Positions 32,240-39,890 of a stretch of 64,000 nt of DNA are shown here, in pieces. Position 1 is the first letter of the stretch, and the number at the start of each line of letters is the position of its first letter. Below the pieces are notes generated by a model that was given only the letters and a program-made list of their open reading frames with translations, did not search any database and was not told where the DNA came from. The DNA is taken from positions 186,001 to 250,000 of the IMG/VR virus record IMGVR_UViG_3300027969_000039; one strand, 5' to 3'. Position numbers and translations under genes: made by a program.

Positions 32240-33822
32240 TACCAAAAACCTCCATCGGATGGTAGTTGACTACCTCTTAGTAGTCTTCCTGTTGAATAAT
32301 CTCTAAGACTAAAATTATTACTTACATCATTTCTCGTAACAATAGGAACTGCTGTTATCGATATTTGTATTTTTGTAGGGACATAAGTAGGTTCTTGTAC
32401 TCTATATGCTCCCGAAAATTGAGGTGGCGCAACAGTTGCTCCTGATTGTAATCCAGCATTTTGAATTCTACTATTGCTCCTTGATGATGTTGCACCTGAT
32501 TTAGGTTGTTCTTGTGTAGAACCTGCTCTAATATAATCCACTTCTGTTGGCAATGAGTATGTAAAATTAGTTATTGCAAGTGGGTGATTATCAAATTGAA
32601 ATGCACCTAATCCTGTAAGATAACATAATGGTGGAGGTGTACCTGGAACTGGACCCGGATCTTGACCGTAAAACATTTTTGTCACGGATCTAAAAAAGTG
32701 AATGACTGCTAATAAGTAATTAGCTTCAAAAACATCTTGTGCTGTAAAGTCACAACTTAGTGTAATTTGATCAACCGAACTACTATTATAAGTATAAAAT
32801 TTATAATTTGTATGTGTTAATGTAGTAGGATCATACTGTGCTGCATATGCAACTGAAATAGCAGGAGTATAGGGAAATATAACCCCGTTAGTTGTTGCCA
32901 ATGGACTTAATATACCGGGCTCAGATGACTTATATAAATAATCCGCACCACTTGCTAAACTTAATCGTACACGCCAATCTTCTTTGCTGTTAAAGTTTGA
33001 TATATCTTGATTTGTCGCTTCTTCTCGTGTATTTTGTTCTGCGGCAGATGTCCCTCTATAAGTATTATTATTTTCAGCAGCAGCAGCTTCAATTCTAGCA
33101 TCTTCACGGGCTTCATTTTCACGGGTGATTCTTAATCTTGCTTGGTCATCAGTTTCTTCGGCTTGTTTTTGTGGTTGTATCACTGCGTTCGGTGCTGGTG
33201 CTGCTTCAATCGTAGTTATTGGCGCAGGTGCTGCGTTTTCTACTACAGGGGCAGCAACCGGCGTCTCTGCCACAGCAGTAACTGCTGCCGGTACTGCATT
33301 TTCTACAACCGGCGTAACTGCGACTGCAGGTTCTGCTGGATTGCTAGTAGGAAGAACTTGAGCAGGGGTTGCAGCTTGTACTGGTTCGCCTGCTGAATTA
33401 GTTGAAGGTTGTTTTGCTGGATTTTCAATAGCACCTGCTTGCTTTAAATTGTTTATTCCATCATTGGTTTCAGCAACAACCGCGGCTTGTTTTGCTGCTG
33501 CTGCTTCAGCTTCACCTTTAGCAATTAATGCATCGGCTCGTTGATTATCAAGTGCCACTGCTTGGGCTTTTGCTGCATCTCTTTCTGCTTGACTAAGTGT
33601 GGGGTCTGCTGCTTTCTCTTTAGCAGCATTTACTTGTTGTCGAGTTGGCGCTTGTGCTAACGCTTGAGTTGCTGATTCTACTGCGGCATTTTTTTCAGCT
33701 AGCTTACTTTCTTGTATTGTTGATAATTGTTGAGACCAAGCTAAAGCCGAATCTTTAGACGAAGGCGGCATAGTAGCAACATAACTGCTACTAGCTAAAT
33801 TATTCGGGGTATAAAATGGCAT
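32239..33822 (-). CDS. Baseplate/tail-tube initiator-like protein (gp48/gp54-like) with Ala/Pro/Glu-rich N-terminal extension
   Basis: C-terminal half GVIFPYTPAI...HTNY...ITLSCDFT...PPPLCYLTGLG...ITNFTYSLP is tube-fold-like; first gene of the baseplate operon. Confidence 0.6.
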   Translation of the reverse strand: MPFYTPNNLASSSYVATMPPSSKDSALAWSQQLSTIQESKLAEKNAAVESATQALAQAPTRQQVNAAKEKAADPTLSQAERDAAKAQAVALDNQRADALIAKGEAEAAAAKQAAVVAETNDGINNLKQAGAIENPAKQPSTNSAGEPVQAATPAQVLPTSNPAEPAVAVTPVVENAVPAAVTAVAETPVAAPVVENAAPAPITTIEAAPAPNAVIQPQKQAEETDDQARLRITRENEAREDARIEAAAAENNNTYRGTSAAEQNTREEATNQDISNFNSKEDWRVRLSLASGADYLYKSSEPGILSPLATTNGVIFPYTPAISVAYAAQYDPTTLTHTNYKFYTYNSSSVDQITLSCDFTAQDVFEANYLLAVIHFFRSVTKMFYGQDPGPVPGTPPPLCYLTGLGAFQFDNHPLAITNFTYSLPTEVDYIRAGSTQEQPKSGATSSRSNSRIQNAGLQSGATVAPPQFSGAYRVQEPTYVPTKIQISITAVPIVTRNDVSNNFSLRDYSTGRLLRGSQLPSDGGFW

Positions 33823-33843
33823 GTTGTTCTTATCCTTATATAC

Positions 33844-33858
33844 TATTTAGCATAAATA
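33844..33858. promoter_or_regulatory. Back-to-back late promoters (minus CTAAATA at 33844-33850; plus ATAAATA at 33852-33858)
   Basis: TATTTAG-C-ATAAATA at the divergence point between the baseplate operon and gp55. Confidence 0.55.
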
Positions 33859-33894
33859 TAATACGCTATTTTTACCGTTTCTGCTAAAAATATG

Positions 33895-33923
33895 TTGCAT
33901 TTCTGCAACTATTATGCTATAAT
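33895..33923 (+). promoter_or_regulatory. sigma70-type promoter for gp55
   Basis: TTGCAT, 17-bp spacer, TATAAT with extended -10 TG; AAGGAG Shine-Dalgarno before the ATG at 33954. Confidence 0.75.
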
Positions 33924-33953
33924 CAGTCAAGCATAATCAAATCAAGGAGAACT

Positions 33954-34865
33954 ATGTCATTACCCTCAAGAAAACCTGTCAACTATTTAAACAACAAAGA
34001 TATACTAAAAGAGATACACGAAAGTAAAAACGCATATTGTCATTTTGCCAAACCAGAATATCATAGATACGATTTTATAGTAGATATGCCCCAATCTTCA
34101 ATTGAGGATAGTTTAGAATATGCATTTAAACCAGAATCTATTCAACAAGCAAAAGAAACTAGGGCTACTAGGTTAGGGATAGAAGCAGGAGCAAAAGATT
34201 CAGTTGACCCAGAATCTATTCTAGTGACAGATTTAGTATTTAGAGTAATGAATTGGGATCATGTCCCAGTAGCCCCAAAAGTTCCCCGTAAAACAGTTAA
34301 AAAGAAAACCGCAAAGGATATCTTTGAATTTGAAGAAGTTGATCCAGATGAGATTTTTGCAGATTTAGAAGATGTGACGACCAAAGCAGAAGTAGATGAC
34401 ATGGTACATGTCAAAGTTAACTTTCCACCATTCCAACATTATATGATCGACAAGAACAATACATTCTATTGCGTAGGCAAAAGTCATTGGAAAGGTGATC
34501 TAGAGTCTGGGGAATTCAGCAAAGATCATGGACAGGTCACAAACAAACTAGCCCGTATGTATATTATGATGTGCGAAAAATATGCTATGAAGTATAATTG
34601 GCGTGGGTACACATACAATGATGAGATGCGTAATTCAGCTATTCTTCAACTTACATATGTTGGATTACGATTCAACGAAGCCAAAAGTGCTAACCCATTC
34701 GCATACTATACCGCAGCAATTACAAATAGTTTCTGTCGTGTACTGAATACGGAAAAGCGTAATCAAAATATACGTGACGATATCTTAGAGATTAATGGAC
34801 TTAACCCAAGCTGGACTCGTCAAGGGCTGGGTGCTGGTATGAGTTCAGTGGTGTACGAAGAATAA
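33954..34865 (+). CDS. gp55: Late-transcription sigma factor, T4 gp55-like
   Basis: NYLNNKDILKEI N-terminus; NWRGYTYNDEM...FNEAKSANPFAYYT...F.R....EK; adjacent to gp47/gp46 as in T4-like phages. Confidence 0.9.
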   Translation: MSLPSRKPVNYLNNKDILKEIHESKNAYCHFAKPEYHRYDFIVDMPQSSIEDSLEYAFKPESIQQAKETRATRLGIEAGAKDSVDPESILVTDLVFRVMNWDHVPVAPKVPRKTVKKKTAKDIFEFEEVDPDEIFADLEDVTTKAEVDDMVHVKVNFPPFQHYMIDKNNTFYCVGKSHWKGDLESGEFSKDHGQVTNKLARMYIMMCEKYAMKYNWRGYTYNDEMRNSAILQLTYVGLRFNEAKSANPFAYYTAAITNSFCRVLNTEKRNQNIRDDILEINGLNPSWTRQGLGAGMSSVVYEE

Positions 34866-34870
34866 TTTTA

Positions 34871-34908
34871 CCAATGTGATTGATTTCACATTGGCTTTAC
34901 TATACAAT
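34871..34908 (+). promoter_or_regulatory. sigma70-type promoter (TTGATT-17-TACAAT) overlapped by a 9-bp inverted repeat with TGTGA-N6-TCACA core
   Basis: CCAATGTGA-TTGATT-TCACATTGG at 34871-34894; TACAAT at 34903-34908. Confidence 0.55.
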
Positions 34909-34914
34909 AACTAG

Positions 34915-35928
34915 ATGAGTAACCTTTTTAAAAAAGCCGCGGTGTTTACTGACATTCACTTTGGCCTTAAGTCAAATAGCCTGCAACATAATCAAGACTG
35001 CAATAATTTTGTAGATTGGTTCATAAAGAAAGCAAAGAGTGAGGGATGTGAAACGTGTTTCTTCTTGGGTGATTACAATCATCACAGAGCAAGTATCAAC
35101 ATTCATACACTACAGTTTGGATTACAAGCACTGGAGAAACTAAATGATAACTTTGATAGGGTATATTTTATACCGGGCAATCACGATCTTTATTATCGTG
35201 ACCGCAGGGACATTCATAGTGTTGAGTGGGCTAAACATTTACCAAACGTACAAATCGTCAATGACTTCTTCAGCCAAGGAGATGTAGTCATTGCACCCTG
35301 GCTTGTACAGGATGATTACAAGAAGGTACAAAAACTAAGTGGGAAATACTTGTTTGGTCATTTTGAATTACCACGATTCTATATGAATGCTATGGTAGAG
35401 ATGCCCGATCATGGTGAGATCAATACTGACCACATGAAAAGTTTTGATAAAGTATTCAGTGGGCATTTTCATAAACGACAAAGCCGTGCTAATGTGTGGT
35501 ACATTGGCAATGCCTTCCCACATAACTATGCTGATGCAGGGGACGATGCTAGAGGCATGATGATATTAGAATGGGGACAAGACCCAGTCTTTCATAGCTG
35601 GCCTCGTCAACCATTGTTCCGTGTCTATAAGTTAAGTGATGTGCTTGAAAACCCAGAGGGTTTGCTATTGATTGATAGTCATGTTAGAGTACATCTTGAT
35701 ATTGATATTTCATACGAAGAAGCTAATTTCATCCGTGAAACATTAATTCCAGAACATAAACTAAGGGAGATGGCGTTGATACCAATGAAAGTAGACCAAG
35801 TTGAACAAGAGGGTCGTGGTGACTTGAAGTTTGAATCAGTAGACCAGATCATCATCGACCAGATCAATAGCATTGAGAGCAATAGCTTTGATAAAAAGAT
35901 ATTGTTGGACATCTATAACAATCTATGA
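34915..35928 (+). CDS. gp47: Recombination nuclease, Mre11/SbcD-like (gp47)
   Basis: Metallophosphoesterase motifs DIHFG, LGD, GNHD, GHF, SGHFH. Confidence 0.93.
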   Translation: MSNLFKKAAVFTDIHFGLKSNSLQHNQDCNNFVDWFIKKAKSEGCETCFFLGDYNHHRASINIHTLQFGLQALEKLNDNFDRVYFIPGNHDLYYRDRRDIHSVEWAKHLPNVQIVNDFFSQGDVVIAPWLVQDDYKKVQKLSGKYLFGHFELPRFYMNAMVEMPDHGEINTDHMKSFDKVFSGHFHKRQSRANVWYIGNAFPHNYADAGDDARGMMILEWGQDPVFHSWPRQPLFRVYKLSDVLENPEGLLLIDSHVRVHLDIDISYEEANFIRETLIPEHKLREMALIPMKVDQVEQEGRGDLKFESVDQIIIDQINSIESNSFDKKILLDIYNNL

Positions 35929-36146
35929 TAGAACCAAAAGAATACAGAGATTTAGAATCATTGATGAAGGTTAACAAACATTTGGGTATAGCATTATCTG
36001 AATTGACTAATACACATTCTTATGTTGGTGTTTTGACTGAGCAAAGACGGTTGATCAAAGTCAAACTTAGACTGGAAACCATAATAGAACAAACATTAAA
36101 AGCTGAAAAAATAGCTAAAGATAAGTTTTTTAGAAAATTAAAATGA
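35925..36146 (+). CDS. Hypothetical helical protein, 73 aa
   Basis: ATGA overlaps with both gp47 and gp46. Confidence 0.7.
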   Translation: MIEPKEYRDLESLMKVNKHLGIALSELTNTHSYVGVLTEQRRLIKVKLRLETIIEQTLKAEKIAKDKFFRKLK

Positions 36147-37906
36147 TAGTATTAAAAAATATAACATTACGGAACTTTTTAAGCATTGGTCAAGTAACAC
36201 AAGCAGTAAACTTTGACAGACAAGAACTAACACTTATCCTAGGTGAGAACTTAGACTTAGGTGGTGATGGGGCTCGTAATGGTACTGGTAAGACTACATT
36301 GATCCAAGGGTTATCCTATGCATTGTTTGGTGTACCTATCAATAGCATTCGTAAAGATAATCTAGTCAATCGTACTAATGCTAAAAACATGATGGTAACA
36401 TTAGAGTTTAGTGTTGAGGGTATTGAGTATAAGATTGAGCGTGGTCGTAAGCCAAATGTGTTACGATTCTATGTTAATAATTCATTGCAAAAAGGAATGG
36501 ATGACGCACAAGGTGAGAACAAAGAAACACAAGCTGCGATTGAAAAGGTTATACACATGAGCGCCGATATGTTCAAGCATATCGTAGCATTGAACACTTA
36601 TTCCGAACCATTTCTAGCACTTAAAAATAACGAACAGCGTGATATCATTGAACAATTGTTAGGCATTACGCTATTGTCTGAGAAGGCTGAAGTCATCAAA
36701 GGTATGCTGAAAGATACCAAAGATAATATACAACAAGAAGAATTCAATGTAAAAGCAATTGAAGAAGCCAATAAGCGTGTTAAAGAACAGATTGATGCTA
36801 CAAAGCGTAGACAGAAGTTGTGGAAAATGAAACATGATGAGGATTTAGAGCGTCTTGCTATTGATTATCAACGGTTGATTACTATTGATATTGCTGCGGA
36901 GTTACAGGCTCACAAAGATTTAACTACATATAATGAAAAGCGCAAGTCTATTGATGACCTTAACAAGCTGATTGCTCGTTGTGTAGCTGATGAAGCTAAA
37001 GAATCAAAAATAGTCAACAAACTAACGAAAGAAATTGATGATTTAAAAAATCACACTTGTTATGCTTGTGGACAAGAGTTTCACGATACAAAACATGAAA
37101 ATGTATTGGCAGAGAAGCAAAACGCATTACAAGAAGCCGGGGCACAGGTTTTAGCTACTAATAATCAACAACTAGAATATTCTCAATCATTAAAAGAATT
37201 GGGTGTATTGGGTACTATGCCTGTAACACATTATGATACAGAAGCACAGGCTATTAAACACAACAGCCAACTTGAAAATTTGATTACTCAAATTGAGAAC
37301 AAGACGGTTGAGGTTGATCCATACGGTGAGCAGATAATTGAGATGGAAAACAAAGCATTACAAGAGATTAACTTTGATAAGATTAACAAGTTGACACGTA
37401 CTATGGAACATCAGAAGTTCTTGCTTGACTTATTGACTAGCAAAGATAGCTTTGTTCGTAAAAAGATTATTGACCAGAATCTATCATACTTGAATGGTAG
37501 ACTGACGCATTACTTAGACAAGATTGGATTGCCGCATAATGTAATATTCAAAAACGATTTACAAGTTGAGATTACAGAATTGGGTCGTGAACTTGATTTT
37601 GATAACTTGAGTCGTGGCGAACGCAATAGATTGATTCTAGGATTGAGTTTTGCGTTTAGAGATGTTTGGGAGAACTTGTATAGCCCAATCAATACATTGT
37701 TTATTGATGAATTGATTGATAGTGGACTAGACACAATGGGGGTTGAAAACGCTATTGCTATTCTTAAAGACATGAGCCGTCGTAGAAAGAAGTCTATTTG
37801 GCTTGTCAGTCATAGAGAAGAATTAGCTGGTCGTGTTCCAAATGTGTTGAAAGTTATAAAGGAAGCAGGGTTTACATCATATTCTTCGGCAACTGATATT
37901 AATTAA
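36143..37906 (+). CDS. gp46: Recombination ATPase, Rad50/SbcC-like (gp46)
   Basis: NFLS; Walker A NGTGKT; coiled coil with CYAC zinc hook; LSRGE signature; Walker B LFIDE; SH. Confidence 0.95.
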   Translation: MIVLKNITLRNFLSIGQVTQAVNFDRQELTLILGENLDLGGDGARNGTGKTTLIQGLSYALFGVPINSIRKDNLVNRTNAKNMMVTLEFSVEGIEYKIERGRKPNVLRFYVNNSLQKGMDDAQGENKETQAAIEKVIHMSADMFKHIVALNTYSEPFLALKNNEQRDIIEQLLGITLLSEKAEVIKGMLKDTKDNIQQEEFNVKAIEEANKRVKEQIDATKRRQKLWKMKHDEDLERLAIDYQRLITIDIAAELQAHKDLTTYNEKRKSIDDLNKLIARCVADEAKESKIVNKLTKEIDDLKNHTCYACGQEFHDTKHENVLAEKQNALQEAGAQVLATNNQQLEYSQSLKELGVLGTMPVTHYDTEAQAIKHNSQLENLITQIENKTVEVDPYGEQIIEMENKALQEINFDKINKLTRTMEHQKFLLDLLTSKDSFVRKKIIDQNLSYLNGRLTHYLDKIGLPHNVIFKNDLQVEITELGRELDFDNLSRGERNRLILGLSFAFRDVWENLYSPINTLFIDELIDSGLDTMGVENAIAILKDMSRRRKKSIWLVSHREELAGRVPNVLKVIKEAGFTSYSSATDIN

Positions 37907-37920
37907 TTTTTCAAAAAATG

Positions 37921-37927
37921 ATAAATA
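37921..37927 (+). promoter_or_regulatory. Late promoter for the HNH gene (ATAAATA)
   Basis: GATAAATAA followed by an AGGAG Shine-Dalgarno. Confidence 0.55.
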
Positions 37928-37953
37928 AGAAGTGAATCCAAACAGGAGAACTT

Positions 37954-38604
37954 ATGTTTATCAAAAACGAATCTTATATTAGATATTATGAAATTATAAC
38001 TCAAGCAAATAATATATGCCCGCGCACTATAAAAAAGTCTGAAGCTATGGAAATCAGAGGATACATTGAAGACCACCATATCATTCCTAAATGTTTGGGA
38101 GGACAAGATATTATTTCTAATAAAGTATGGTTGACTGCCGAAGAACATTTTATGTGTCATAAACTCCTAACTGAAATGACAGTAGATAATGCTAACGGTA
38201 AAATGTGGAGTGCATTATGGCGTATGATGAATAAACAAAGTAAAAATCAAGGACGAGATTATATTATTGATGCCAAAGAGTATGCAACAGCGAGAGAACA
38301 AAATGCAAAAAATCATAGCATCAGAATGAAAGGTGAACTAAATCCATTTTATAAAAAAACACACACTGATTCTACTAAAGAAGCAATGTCTGTTAGTAAG
38401 AAGGGCAAAACTTATGAAGAAATATTTGGAAAAGATAAAGCCGACGAGATGAGAGATCGCAGAAGAAGTGAAAGTTTAGGTAAACTAAAGGGCCCACAAC
38501 TAAAATCTACATGTCCACATTGTGGTGTTGACGGTGGGTTTGGTATAATGAAACGATGGCACTTTGAGAATTGTAAATTTTTAGGTAACGTTAAAACATC
38601 ATAA
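37954..38604 (+). mobile_element. Free-standing HNH homing endonuclease with NUMOD3-like DNA-binding motif and C-terminal Cys/His motif
   Basis: EDHHIIPKCLGG...NKVWLTAEEHFMCHKLL (HNH); GELNPFYKKTHTDSTKEAMS (NUMOD3-like); CPHC...RWHFENCK. Confidence 0.85.
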
Positions 38605-38606
38605 GT

Positions 38607-39164
38607 ATGATTATGTCAAGTCCACAGAAAAACAAAGGTTCAGGTTTCGAAAGAGAAATCGCTAAATATCTATCCGATACTTACGGCGAAAGTTTTATTC
38701 GTGCCCCAGGGTCTGGAGCATATGTGGGCGGGAAGAATCAACATAGAACACAAATATTACATGAGGGGCAAGTTCGTTCATTTAAGGGCGATATTGTACC
38801 TGGACAATCATTCAGTAGAATGAATGTTGAGTGTAAGTTTTATGCAGATTTTCCGTTTCATTTGATACTTACTGGAGAGTGTAAAGTATTAGATGGTTGG
38901 CTAACGCAACTAATGGATGTTGCTGATCCAGACGATGTGAATATTCTTTTTCTGAAGTTTAATCGTAAAGGTCGCTATGTTTGTGTACAAAGCAAACTAA
39001 CATGGGTTGCGGACAATTTCACTTATTACACCTCTCAAAAACACGGAGACTGGATGATTTTCGAATTTGATAGTTTCTTCTTACATAATATACCAATATT
39101 AAAATCATATTGTTCAACAGACACCAAGTCAAATCAAAGTTCCATATTAACTATTAATGTTTAA
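38607..39164 (+). CDS. Holliday junction resolvase-like PD-(D/E)XK nuclease (Hjc type); true start possibly 38613
   Basis: KNKGSGFEREIA...RAPGSGA...GDI...NVECK; located in the recombination cluster. Confidence 0.8.
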   Translation: MIMSSPQKNKGSGFEREIAKYLSDTYGESFIRAPGSGAYVGGKNQHRTQILHEGQVRSFKGDIVPGQSFSRMNVECKFYADFPFHLILTGECKVLDGWLTQLMDVADPDDVNILFLKFNRKGRYVCVQSKLTWVADNFTYYTSQKHGDWMIFEFDSFFLHNIPILKSYCSTDTKSNQSSILTINV

Positions 39165-39169
39165 AAATT

Positions 39170-39530
39170 TGTTGGCTCAGTTGTGAGTCCTCCTTGAGTT
39201 TGTACAGATTGTGCTGTGCTGACGGATCTGGAGTATGCTTATCAGTAATGATAAGGAAAACCGAGAAGGCTCTCGTCAAAGCGAACCTTCAATGAGTCTA
39301 TATCCAACTCTATCTTGCGGATATAGAACATGCGTTGTCGAAGAATCAATTGAAAGACATTGGTAGCTTCACTACAGTCCCAAAAACACTACAGGACAAC
39401 CGGTTGCGTATAATGTCAGAAATAGGCAATTATACGGGGAACAGATGGCAAAGGATGACGGGCATGGCAAGTTTCCATTGGTAGTGCAAATTTGCACTAC
39501 CATGGCTCTCTAAGCGGCAATATATATCCG
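39170..39530 (+). ncRNA. Candidate large structured non-coding RNA (family unknown)
   Basis: No ORF of 60 aa or more; visibly more G+C-rich than other intergenic DNA; at least seven stems, including a GNRA-capped hairpin and nested helices. Strand inferred from the GTAA tetraloop and G-U pairs. Confidence 0.5.
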
Positions 39531-39569
39531 ATACAATAAAGTTTTTGAGAATACAAAATTGTAGAAAAA

Positions 39570-39612
39570 TAAGACCGAACGAAGTGAGGTCTTAGACAAA
39601 CGAAGTTTGTCT
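39570..39612. repeat. Two adjacent hairpins with GAA mini-loops
   Basis: TAAGACC-GA-AC-GAA-GT-GA-GGTCTTA and AGACAAAC-GAA-GTTTGTCT. Confidence 0.7.
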
Positions 39613-39653
39613 TTAAATGGATATCCCGATTTTGATAAATGAATAATTACGGA

Positions 39654-39890
39654 TTAGAAGAATGGCATCTGTGTTTTCTTAGTAGTTTCTAAATTATCTT
39701 CTACTATCCTGCCAATGGCTTCTCTTTCATTCGGGGACATGTTAAGTATATCTTCATATGTTACCCCTCCCCGCATGTACCAAGAAAACTTTAACGAAGA
39801 TTCTTTTATACTAAAGGCTTCTTTTTCCAGATCATCTAATAATTTTTGTATCTGCTCGTTGTTCAGAGAAAGAAGCCTTAATCGAAAAAA
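39654..39890 (-). CDS. -1 frame extension of the tail/baseplate assembly chaperone (gp51/gpGT-like); missing from ORF track
   Basis: Open from the slippery run to TAA at 39654: FFRLRLLSLNNEQIQKLLDDLEKEAFSIKESSLKFSWYMRGGVTYEDILNMSPNEREAIGRIVEDNLETTKKTQMPFF*. An in-frame TGA lies immediately upstream and the first ATG is mid-domain. Confidence 0.7.
   Translation of the reverse strand, partial: FFRLRLLSLNNEQIQKLLDDLEKEAFSIKESSLKFSWYMRGGVTYEDILNMSPNEREAIGRIVEDNLETTKKTQMPFF

Noticed and set aside
425-33396. Plus-strand ORFs of 60-380 aa overlapping the minus-strand structural genes (e.g. 26514-27656)
   Set aside because: Antisense shadows caused by codon bias; no RBS or recognisable motifs.
39170-39530. 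Assignment as RNase P RNA, tmRNA, tRNA or group I/II intron
   Set aside because: Only loose resemblance (AAGGAAAACCG versus GAGGAAAGUCC). No tRNA-like ends or T-loop, no clear P7 or domain V, and no interrupted gene. Left unassigned.
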